A stretch of 64,000 bases of DNA from positions 3,328,001 through 3,392,000 of the forward strand of contig JASGHJ010000002.1 of assembly GCA_047602405.1 (NCBI GenBank), written 5' to 3'. Position numbers and translations under genes: made by a program. The notes beneath the pieces are model-generated. The model was not told the origin of the DNA and ran no database searches. It saw nothing but the letters and a program-made list of their open reading frames with translations. Source of the DNA: Anaeromyxobacteraceae bacterium. Its GTDB lineage: Bacteria; Myxococcota; Myxococcia; Myxococcales; Anaeromyxobacteraceae. Positions 50,532-59,000 of this stretch are shown here, piece after piece (position 1 is the first letter of the stretch; each line of letters starts with the position of its first letter).

Positions 50532-50715
50532 GGGGGCCGAATCTTAACCGCGGGAGGGCCCTCGGGGGCGGTCACGCGGCCACCCGACGCGCGCGCGGGG
50601 GCGTTTTGAGATTGTTTGCATCCCTGGCCCGGGACAGCTCCCTGGCCGCAACGCGGCAATCGGCCTCGCCCCCCGGGGGAAGGGCGCTATCGCCTGGGCA
50701 GCGCCGGGGCCCCCC

Positions 50716-52113
50716 TCAGCGGCGCGGCAGCGCCGAGGCAAGGTCGCCGTACAGGTGGATGGCGCTCTTCACGGCCTTGTGGAAGTCGGAGACGAGCAGG
50801 CTCTCGTTCTCCGAGTGCGGGTTCGAGAGGGGGTCCTCCACGCCGATCAGCAGGGCGGGCACGCCGCCGAGCGCCTTCGCGAACGGCTCCACGAAGCCGA
50901 TCGACCCGCCGCAGCCCACCGGCAGCGCCGGCCGGCCGTAGCCCTTCTCGAGCGCGCCGAACGCCGCCTTGAACGCGGGGTGGCCGACGTCGGTGATCCA
51001 CGGCGCGCCGCTCGTGAGGTGCTTCACGGACACCTCGACGCCCCACGGCGCCACGCGGCGCAGGAAGTCCTCGAGCATGCGGGCGACCTCCTTGTCGTCC
51101 TGGTCGGGGACGAGCCGGATGCCGACGCGCGCCCAGGCGGAGTCGTTGATGATGTTGCGGGCGTCCTTGCGTGAGGACGCCTGGATGGCGTTCACGCCGA
51201 CGGCCGGCTGCCACCAGTTGATCTCGAACGGGTGAGCGCCGCCGAGGAGCTGCACGCCGGGCTTCATCCTCACCTGCTTGCGGAACTCGTCCTTCGAGAT
51301 CGGCAGCTGCTCGATGCCGCGCTTCTGCTCGGGCGAGAGCTTGCGGACCCGGTCGTAGATGCCCGGGATGGCGATGCGGCCGTCCTCGGTCTGCAGCGCC
51401 GCGAGCATCTTCGCGAGCGCCATGGCCGGATCGGGCACCGGGCCGCCCCACATGCCCGAGTGGACGCTCTGATCGAGCGCGCGGACCTCGACCTCGACCG
51501 TGACGAGGCCACGCAGCGCGATGGTCACGCTCGGCACGCCCTGGTCGATGTTGCCCGTGTCGGTGAGCACCATCGCGTCGGCGTCGAGCTTGGAGCGGTA
51601 CTTCTCGAGGAACTGGCCGAGGTGATCGCTGCCGATCTCCTCCTCGCCCTCGACGACGATCTTCACGTTGAGCGGCATCCGCCCGGCGGTCTTCACCCAG
51701 GAGTCGACCGCGGCGGCGTGGATGAGGATGCCCGCCTTGTCGTCGGCGGTGCCGCGGCCCCAGAGCCGGCCGTCCTTCTCGACCGGCTCGAAGGGCTTCG
51801 TCTTCCAGAGCTCCTCGTCGCCCGCGGGCTGCACGTCGTGGTGGGCGTAGAGGAGGAGCGTCGGCGCCTTCGGGTCCTCGATGCGCTCGCCGAAGACGTA
51901 CGGGTGGGTGCCCTCGACGCGGAGCACCTCGACCTTCTGGAAGCCGCGGCCGGCCAGCACCTTCGCGGCGGCCTCCGCGCTCCGGACGACCTCGGCCTCC
52001 GGGAAGCCCGGGAAGGAGACGCTCGGGATGCGCACGAGGTCCTTCAGCTCTTCCAGGTAGGTCTTCGCGTGCTGTTCGTAGTGCGAGAGCGCCTTCTCGA
52101 CGGGGGAGGACAT
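50716..52113 (-). CDS. M20 family metallopeptidase/dipeptidase
   Basis: YAHHDVQP, GRGTADDK, EGEEEIGS, HSENE. Confidence 0.93.
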   Translation of the reverse strand: MSSPVEKALSHYEQHAKTYLEELKDLVRIPSVSFPGFPEAEVVRSAEAAAKVLAGRGFQKVEVLRVEGTHPYVFGERIEDPKAPTLLLYAHHDVQPAGDEELWKTKPFEPVEKDGRLWGRGTADDKAGILIHAAAVDSWVKTAGRMPLNVKIVVEGEEEIGSDHLGQFLEKYRSKLDADAMVLTDTGNIDQGVPSVTIALRGLVTVEVEVRALDQSVHSGMWGGPVPDPAMALAKMLAALQTEDGRIAIPGIYDRVRKLSPEQKRGIEQLPISKDEFRKQVRMKPGVQLLGGAHPFEINWWQPAVGVNAIQASSRKDARNIINDSAWARVGIRLVPDQDDKEVARMLEDFLRRVAPWGVEVSVKHLTSGAPWITDVGHPAFKAAFGALEKGYGRPALPVGCGGSIGFVEPFAKALGGVPALLIGVEDPLSNPHSENESLLVSDFHKAVKSAIHLYGDLASALPRR

Positions 52114-52135
52114 GCCGGGGTGTATAAACCGGTTG

Positions 52136-53251
52136 ATGCCGTCCGTCAGCGCGCCCTCTCGGGACCCCTCCGCCGCGGCCCGGGCCGTCCTGGCCGCCAG
52201 CCTGGGGGTCACCCGCATCGCCCGGATCACCGGGCTCGACCGCCTGGGCGTGGAGGTCGCGAGCGCGATCCGCCCCGGCGGGCACGTCCTGCAGGTCACG
52301 AACGGCAAGGGGACCTCCCGCGGGATGGCCGCCCTGGGCGCGCTCCTCGAGGCCGCCGAGCTCGTCGGCGCCGAGCGTGCGCGGCTCGACCGCTGGGGTG
52401 ACGAGGCGTCGCTCGCCGCGCGCGGGACCGCGGTCATCGGGCCCGGCGCGCTCGACCCGGCCCTCGGCGAGGAGGCCCGGCGGGTCCGGATCGCCTGGCG
52501 GCTCGGCGAGGACCTCGTCGCGGGCGGCCCGGTGCTCGTGCCGGCGCAGGCCGTCCACTGCCCGCCCCCGGACGGGCCCTCGCTGGGCCCTGCCCTGCTC
52601 TCCTGGACCTCGAACGGCATGGGCGCCCACACCTCGGTCGCGGCCGCCGTGCTGCACGGCGTGCTCGAGCTCGCCGAGCGCGACCAGCTCGCGCGGGCGT
52701 TCCCGGAGGGGTTCACCGAGCGCGAGGTGCGGCGCCGGCTGCTCGACCCCGCCTCGCTCGTCGCCGCGGCCCCCGAGGCGGCCGGCCTCGCCCTCGAGCT
52801 CGAAGCGCGCGGCCTGCGCGTGATGCTGCTCGACGCGACCGGTGAGCTCGGGTTGCCGTGCGCCGCGGCCTTGCTGCTGGAGCCCGAAGGCCCGGTCCCG
52901 CTCGCCGCCGGCTACGCGTGCCGGACCGGGCGCGACCGGGCGCTCGTCGCCGCGCTCCACGAGGCCTGCCAGTCGCGGGCGACCGAGATCCACGGCGCCC
53001 GCGAGGACGTCGACGAGGCCGGCGAGCGGGAGGAGGAGCTGGACGTGCCGCTCATCCAGGGCCGCCGCGACGCCGCCGCCATGCCGGACCTCCGGGTCAC
53101 GACGCCGGAGAAGGCGCTGAAGGCCGTGCTCGCGAGGTTCGCGAAGGCCGGGATCGGGCAGGTCGCCGCCGTGCCCCTCGACGCGCCCGCCGGCTTCCAC
53201 GTGGTCCGCGCCGTGGCGCCGGGGATGCTGGTGTCGCCGCTGTTGATGTAG
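52136..53251 (+). CDS. ycaO: YcaO-family protein (TfuA-associated type)
   Basis: GVTRIARITGLDRLG, NGKG, LEAAE, SNGMG, ELAERD, EACQSRATEIHGAREDV. Confidence 0.9.
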   Translation: MPSVSAPSRDPSAAARAVLAASLGVTRIARITGLDRLGVEVASAIRPGGHVLQVTNGKGTSRGMAALGALLEAAELVGAERARLDRWGDEASLAARGTAVIGPGALDPALGEEARRVRIAWRLGEDLVAGGPVLVPAQAVHCPPPDGPSLGPALLSWTSNGMGAHTSVAAAVLHGVLELAERDQLARAFPEGFTEREVRRRLLDPASLVAAAPEAAGLALELEARGLRVMLLDATGELGLPCAAALLLEPEGPVPLAAGYACRTGRDRALVAALHEACQSRATEIHGAREDVDEAGEREEELDVPLIQGRRDAAAMPDLRVTTPEKALKAVLARFAKAGIGQVAAVPLDAPAGFHVVRAVAPGMLVSPLLM

Positions 53252-53276
53252 GCCGGCGCCCCGGCGCATGGATCCA

Positions 53277-53324
53277 CCCCCCTCTCCCTCAGCTCCACTG
53301 GGAGTAGAGGTCCGGGGCGAGGGG
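53277..53324. repeat. Degenerate CCCCTCTCCC...GGGAG..AGG..GGGG.GAGGGG REP-like palindrome
   Basis: Imperfect palindrome between convergent genes. Confidence 0.5.
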
Positions 53325-53352
53325 AGCAGACAGAGACGATCTTCGTCAGCCC

Positions 53353-56300
53353 TCACTTCTCCAGCTTCACCGTCCCGAGATCGAGCTCCTGTCCGGCCAG
53401 CAGGCTGACCGTGCGGGACCACGGTTTATAACCCCGCGCGAAGATCCGGACCGTCTCCTCGCCCGGCGCGAGCCCTCCGACCCGGAGCACACCCGACGCG
53501 GCCGCACCAGGGTCGAAGGGCATGCCTTCGGGGTCGCTCGAGACGTTGCGGATCCCGGCGCCCAGCATCGCCGGCAGCGGCTTCCCGCCGGGATCGACGA
53601 CCCGCGCCACGAGCCTCGCCGGAAGTTCCACCGGGATGTCCGCGACGAGTGCCTCGCCCGAGTGAAGGTGTGCATCCCGAGCTCCCGTCCTGCCGTCTTC
53701 CGTGAGCACGATCAGCCTCGCCGGGATGGCAGGGACCTCCGCGAGCTCGAACCGGTCGGACGCGAAGCGCCTCGTCAGCACGTCGGTCGTGAGCCCTCCG
53801 CCCGAGGGGTAGACGAGTACGAGCGTGAAGCCCCTCACGGGCTTCCCCACCGGATCGCTCACGCGGCCCCGGAGCGGTGCACCCGGCCCGAGCTCGATGC
53901 GCACCGGGTTCTCCCCGGGCGCCACCACCTTCCTCGTCGCGCGGCAATCCGACCGCGCGTAGACGGTGACTCCGACCGTTTCCGCCGAGACCTGGAGCCC
54001 GACACGGCCCTTCTCGTCGGCGCGCAGCAGCGTCGAGGACTGGTCGCGTTCGACCCGCACCGACGCGAACGCGGCGGGGGACCCTCCAGGCTCCGTCACC
54101 TCGACGGTGAGTGAAGGTGGCGTCACCGGCAACGTGAGCTCCACGTGCTCCGTCCCCCCCGCGGTGACCTCGAAGGATCTGAACTCGCGCCTGGCCATCG
54201 ACGCGGGGTTGTCCGTGCGAACCGCGAACGCCTTCCAGGCGCCCGCCGAGACGCGCGCGCGGAACCGACCTCCCCGGTCGACGCGCGCCTTCACGGACTC
54301 GACATTCTGGTTCCAGAGGCCGAAGCGCTCCGGGGCGATGAAGGCCTGCACGACGCCCTCCAGGGGGCGACCGTCCTCTCTCGTGACCGACCCCTCGACG
54401 GTCCCGAGTGGTGCGAGCACGAAGTCGCTCCGTGCCGCCTTGCCAGGCTCGACCCTCAGGACGCGAACGGCGGGCGAGTCGCCGTCGCCCAGCCAGGCCC
54501 GCACGATGGTCTGGCCGGGCCTCACGGTAGGAAGACGGTAGCGACCGTCCGTACCGCTCACGGCGCGCGCCTCGCCTTCACCGCCCGACCAGATCGTGCC
54601 GCCCCGGATCCGCGCACCGGCGACCGGATTTCCGTCGGGATCGGTCACGCTGCCCTCGACGCTCCCGTTGGCCTCGAGACGGAAGTCCTGGAGGAATCGC
54701 TCACCGGGGAGGAGCGTGATCCCGCTCGCCATCAACTTCGCCCGCCCGTCCGCGTTCGCGTCCACGTCGTACTCGCCGGCCGCGAGCGGGCCGAACGCGT
54801 ACCGGCCATCGGCGCCGGTCAGGGCGCGCGCGAGCTCCCCGTCCCGCTCCCGGTTCGAGAGCAGCATGACCGCACCGGCGATCGGCGTCCCCTCTGCGCC
54901 GGTGACCCTGCCCTCGATCCCCGCGCCCGCGCCGAGCCGGAGCACGATCCCCTTCACGGCCTGGCCGGCCGCAAGAACGAGCTGCGACGGCAGCGCCCCG
55001 GTCTCTCCGCTCGCCTTCGCGGTGAGAACGTACGCACCGGGCACCACCTCGACCGCGAAGCCCCCCGAGGGTCCAGCCATGGCCGTGAACACCTCTCCCG
55101 TGCCGGAGAGCACGAGCTCCGCGTTCGGCGCGGCCCTGCCCTGCGAGTCGACCACGCGGCCCTCGATCGTCGCGGCAGCCTCGAGCTCGACCACGAGCGG
55201 GCTCGACGTCGGGAGCTCGAGCTTCCGCACGGCCGTGCGCGCCCGGCCGGGCGCCTCGGCCGCGAGCACGTAGGTGCCAGGGCCCGCGTCCGGGAACGCG
55301 AACGCACCCGTGGCGTCCGCCACGGTCCCCGCGCGCTCCTCCACGGGCGTGTCAGTCTCGGAGCGCCAGGACAGCGCTCGAACCAGCACGAGCGTCGCGA
55401 GTGGTACGACCGCACCGCCCGGACGCTCGATCACCTTCCCCGTGAGCCCCACCGCCGGCTCGAGCGCGAGCGCTACCGGCGTCGCGGGCTCGCCCTCAGG
55501 GCGCACGAGCTCGACCTGCTTCGCGGCGAGCCGCGCTGCGCGCGCGGAGACCATCCAGCGCCCCGAGGCAGCGGGGACGTCGACCGCGCCGTCCTCGCCG
55601 GTGTCCACCTCCGCCGCGAGCCGCCAGGCGGGACGATCGGCGGCGGGCGCCACCGGGAGCTCGCGCCAGGCGCGGACCCTCGCGCCTGCGACGGGTTTCT
55701 CGGCCGAGGTGACACGCACGCGGAGCACGCCGGACGACGCCGGCGGCGGTTCGTCGCGCGGGGTCGGAGGAGTGTCGCGGTCTCCCGGCGCGCGCTCACC
55801 GGGCGGACGCGCGACGGTGATCGCGCCGGGGGCCGGTCCGGAGCCGCCCCCGGGACCGCCCGCGCGCGGAAGCAGCCCGATGAGGAACGCCAGGGCGACG
55901 GCGCCTCCGATCGCGGGGAGCGCCCACTTCGGCGCGCTCGTCAGCGCGGCCGTCGCCGTACCGGCCACGGCACCCGACGCGGACGCCGGCAACGCCGCCA
56001 CGACCGCAGCTCCGAACGCCGCGCCGGGCGCGCCCGCCTCCGCGGCGTCGGCGAAGCGTCGGAGGAGATCCTCACGTAGCTTCCCGCGCGCCCGGGAGAG
56101 CCTCTGGTGCACGGCGGCTTCGCCGAGCCCGAGGAGCTCCCCCAACTGCGCGGTCGACCTACCCTCCAGGTAGTACAGCGCGAGCACCTCGCGCGCGTCC
56201 TCCGGCAATGCGTCGAAGGCCTCGTGGAGGATCGTGCGGCGTTCCTCGGCGAGCAGCCGGTCCTCCGGCGCGGGCCCCTGGTCCGCGGCGTTCGCGAGCG

Positions 56301-56610
56301 CGGCCTCGGCGGGCTCGCCGCCCAACGTCCGCCCGCGCCGTTCCGCGACCCGGCGGGCGCGCTGGCGGGTGACCTCGCGCAGGAACGGCAGGAACGAGCG
56401 GGGGCTGCGAAGCTTCGGGAGGTCGGCGTGGACGAGCAGGTAGACGTCCTGCGCGACGTCCTTCGAGGCCTCCGGATCCCGGAGTTCGGCGAGCGCGATC
56501 GCGGACACGAGGCGGCTCGTGGCCTCCACGAGCCGGCGAAACGCGTCGCGATCACCGCCGGCGGCGGCGACGACGAGCGGCTCGAGGGTTGAGGCGGAGG
56601 GATCGGTCAT
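53353..56610 (-). CDS. ECF sigma factor fused to a TM helix and repeated carboxypeptidase-regulatory-like beta-sandwich domains
   Basis: Sigma region 2 DVAQDVYL; region 4 LPEDAREVLALYYLEG...RLSRARGKLR; TM WALPAIGGAVALAFLIGLL; repeated GxVxDxxGxPxxGA motifs. Confidence 0.85.
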   Translation of the reverse strand: MTDPSASTLEPLVVAAAGGDRDAFRRLVEATSRLVSAIALAELRDPEASKDVAQDVYLLVHADLPKLRSPRSFLPFLREVTRQRARRVAERRGRTLGGEPAEAALANAADQGPAPEDRLLAEERRTILHEAFDALPEDAREVLALYYLEGRSTAQLGELLGLGEAAVHQRLSRARGKLREDLLRRFADAAEAGAPGAAFGAAVVAALPASASGAVAGTATAALTSAPKWALPAIGGAVALAFLIGLLPRAGGPGGGSGPAPGAITVARPPGERAPGDRDTPPTPRDEPPPASSGVLRVRVTSAEKPVAGARVRAWRELPVAPAADRPAWRLAAEVDTGEDGAVDVPAASGRWMVSARAARLAAKQVELVRPEGEPATPVALALEPAVGLTGKVIERPGGAVVPLATLVLVRALSWRSETDTPVEERAGTVADATGAFAFPDAGPGTYVLAAEAPGRARTAVRKLELPTSSPLVVELEAAATIEGRVVDSQGRAAPNAELVLSGTGEVFTAMAGPSGGFAVEVVPGAYVLTAKASGETGALPSQLVLAAGQAVKGIVLRLGAGAGIEGRVTGAEGTPIAGAVMLLSNRERDGELARALTGADGRYAFGPLAAGEYDVDANADGRAKLMASGITLLPGERFLQDFRLEANGSVEGSVTDPDGNPVAGARIRGGTIWSGGEGEARAVSGTDGRYRLPTVRPGQTIVRAWLGDGDSPAVRVLRVEPGKAARSDFVLAPLGTVEGSVTREDGRPLEGVVQAFIAPERFGLWNQNVESVKARVDRGGRFRARVSAGAWKAFAVRTDNPASMARREFRSFEVTAGGTEHVELTLPVTPPSLTVEVTEPGGSPAAFASVRVERDQSSTLLRADEKGRVGLQVSAETVGVTVYARSDCRATRKVVAPGENPVRIELGPGAPLRGRVSDPVGKPVRGFTLVLVYPSGGGLTTDVLTRRFASDRFELAEVPAIPARLIVLTEDGRTGARDAHLHSGEALVADIPVELPARLVARVVDPGGKPLPAMLGAGIRNVSSDPEGMPFDPGAAASGVLRVGGLAPGEETVRIFARGYKPWSRTVSLLAGQELDLGTVKLEK

Positions 56611-56696
56611 GGCGGGGCTCCCTGGGGAGGCGCCGTGGCGCCTTCACGCATAGCACAGGGAGCCCACCGTTCCTGACCGAACCGCTCCGGCCGGGG

Positions 56697-57047
56697 CTAC
56701 TTCAGGCAGACCGCCTCGACGTTGTTCCCGTCCGGGTCGACGAGGAACGCGGCGTAGTACCTCGGATTGTAGTCCGCGCGGATGCCGGGCTTGCCGTTGT
56801 CCTTGCCGCCCGCGGCGAGGCCGGCGGCGTGGAAGCGGTCGACCGACGCGCGGTCCTTCGCCTGGAAGGCGAGGTGGACGCCGCGGTCGCCCTTCGCGCC
56901 GTCGTAGATCCACAGCGCGGGCGCGCCGGGCGGGCCGAAGCCCGCGCCCGAGGCGTCGGGGACGAGCCCGAGCGGCTCGAGGGCGGCGGTGTAGAAGCGG
57001 GTGCTCGCGCGGGCATCCTTCACCCGCAGGCCGACGTGATCGAACAT
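56697..57047 (-). CDS. VOC/glyoxalase family protein
   Basis: MFDHVGL...HLAFQA...YYAAFLVDPDGNNVEAVC; RBS AGGAGG. Confidence 0.92.
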   Translation of the reverse strand: MFDHVGLRVKDARASTRFYTAALEPLGLVPDASGAGFGPPGAPALWIYDGAKGDRGVHLAFQAKDRASVDRFHAAGLAAGGKDNGKPGIRADYNPRYYAAFLVDPDGNNVEAVCLK

Positions 57048-57073
57048 GGTGTTCCTCCTCGTGTGGAGGAACC

Positions 57074-57919
57074 CTAGGACCTCGCGGCGAGCCGCTCTTG
57101 GAGGATCTTGCGGTCCCCGCGGGACGCGCGCCGGAACGCGCCCGGCGAGGCGCCGGCGGCGCGGCCGAAGGTGCGGACGAAGTTCGAGAGATCGGAGAAG
57201 CCGGCCTCGAGGGCGACCTCGGTGACCGGGCGGTCCGGCGTCCTCGCGAGCAGCGTGGCGGCGCGGCGGAGGCGGGCGCGCACGAGGTACTGGTGCGGGG
57301 TCGCGCCGACGACGGCCTGGAAGATGCGCAGGAAGTGGAAGGTGCCGAGGCCCGCCCTGCGTGCGGCGCCGGCGAGGCCGCTCGAGTCCTCGGGGTGATC
57401 GTCCAGGTACAGGGCGGCCTCGGTGGCGCGGCGGCGGTCGGCGGGGCTCGCGCGCGGGAGCCGGAGCGGCTTGCCCGTGGCCGTGCGCGCGAAGCGGGCG
57501 GCGAGCGTGAGGGCGGCCTCGTCCACCCCGAGCTCCGAGCGGCCCAGCGCGGCGTGCGCGGCGAGCTCGGCGAGGACGGCGAGCGCCGCGCAGGGCGGGA
57601 GCGCGCCGAGCCGCCAGGCTCCGCCGGCCTGCAGGGACGCGGCGAGCCCCGGTGAGAGGGCGATCGAGAGACACACGTCGCCGCCCTGGCCGTGGTCGTG
57701 CGTGCACGTGTACTCGTCGCCGGGGTGACCGACCAGCACGGAGCCGGGGACGAGCTCGTGGCGGTGGCCGCGGGTCAGGACCGAGAAGGTGCCCTCGCGG
57801 ACGAGGGAGATCGTGTGCGCGACGTGGGACTCGGGCGACGAGCGGGAGTCCGGGCCTTCCTCGCAGAGGTAGGTGGAGACGCGGAGGTCGGGGTCCTGGT
57901 GGTGGACCGTGCGGCGCAT
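57074..57919 (-). CDS. AraC-family transcriptional regulator
   Basis: FHFLRIF...TPHQYL...[20 protein letters not shown]. Confidence 0.93.
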   Translation of the reverse strand: MRRTVHHQDPDLRVSTYLCEEGPDSRSSPESHVAHTISLVREGTFSVLTRGHRHELVPGSVLVGHPGDEYTCTHDHGQGGDVCLSIALSPGLAASLQAGGAWRLGALPPCAALAVLAELAAHAALGRSELGVDEAALTLAARFARTATGKPLRLPRASPADRRRATEAALYLDDHPEDSSGLAGAARRAGLGTFHFLRIFQAVVGATPHQYLVRARLRRAATLLARTPDRPVTEVALEAGFSDLSNFVRTFGRAAGASPGAFRRASRGDRKILQERLAARS

Positions 57920-57992
57920 GAGCCCGGTGTAACCGGGGCGGACGTGGGGTGCAGGGGAAGCGAAACGCCGGGCGTCCGGCCCCGTCGCTGGC

Positions 57993-58880
57993 TCAGCGGT
58001 ACGCCGCCCACATCTGGTTCGCGCGGGTGTCCTGACCGGCGGTGAACTCGAACATGCAGGCGTCGTCCGTGTAGTCCATGAAGTTGTGGATCGGGTCGAG
58101 GCCGGGGCTGCGGCGGTTCGGGCAGGAGTCGCGGCCGGTCGGGCAGCCGAAGGCGGCCGACTTCTCGGCGGGCGTGTCGCTCACGCCGTCGCCCTTGTTA
58201 CAGCCGCCCTGGAACGTGTGGTAGAGGCCGAGCCAGTGGCCGACCTCGTGGGTGGCCGTGTCGCCCTCGTTGTACGGCGCCGCGCTCCCGCCCGGCACCG
58301 ACGCATAGAGGATGACGACGCCGTCCATCGACGGGCTGCTCGCGTAGCTCCAGGGGAAGGTCGCCCAGCCGAGCAGGCCGCCGCCCATGTCGTTGGAGTA
58401 GACGTTGAGCGCGTTCGAGCCCCCCTGGCGCAACGCCGTCTTCATCTGGGTCTCGCAGCTCCCGCCGGTGCACGTGTACCAGGCGTCGTTGGCCGTGACG
58501 TCCGTCCCGGCGAGGGTGAAGGAGAAGCCCGAGGGGAGGTACGCGTCGTTGAGCACGGAGAGCTGGGCGCTGATCTGCGCGGCCGTCGCCATGCCGCCCG
58601 TGCCGCTCGAGTTCGTGATGTTGTGCCAGTACACCGGGATGCTCTTCGAGGCGGTCAGCGCCTGCTCGGAGACGCCCCCGATCGAGCGGAGGATGGCCTC
58701 GGTCTGCGCCTCGACCAGCGCGAACTCGATCTCCGACAGATCCGCGACCCCGCAGGTGCGCAGGGTCGCGGGCAGCACCTCGCCTCCGCCGGCGGGGGCG
58801 AGCTCCTCGGGAGATCCGCAGGCGGTGAGGAGCGCGAGGGGGACGGCGATCAGCGCGGCGACGCGCGGGAGGGCGTTCAT
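57993..58880 (-). CDS. M43 (pappalysin/ulilysin-like) zinc metalloprotease lipoprotein
   Basis: LTAC lipobox; [27 protein letters not shown]. Confidence 0.92.
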   Translation of the reverse strand: MNALPRVAALIAVPLALLTACGSPEELAPAGGGEVLPATLRTCGVADLSEIEFALVEAQTEAILRSIGGVSEQALTASKSIPVYWHNITNSSGTGGMATAAQISAQLSVLNDAYLPSGFSFTLAGTDVTANDAWYTCTGGSCETQMKTALRQGGSNALNVYSNDMGGGLLGWATFPWSYASSPSMDGVVILYASVPGGSAAPYNEGDTATHEVGHWLGLYHTFQGGCNKGDGVSDTPAEKSAAFGCPTGRDSCPNRRSPGLDPIHNFMDYTDDACMFEFTAGQDTRANQMWAAYR

Positions 58881-59000
58881 GGGGCGGCCTTTCCTGTGAG
58901 GGAGGAAGCCATCCTGAGGTGTGGGTGCGCCCGCGCGCGGGCAAGCGCCCCTTCCGGCCAGGCCCTGCCCGGCGCGCCCCTCGAGGTGCCGCGCGCCGCG

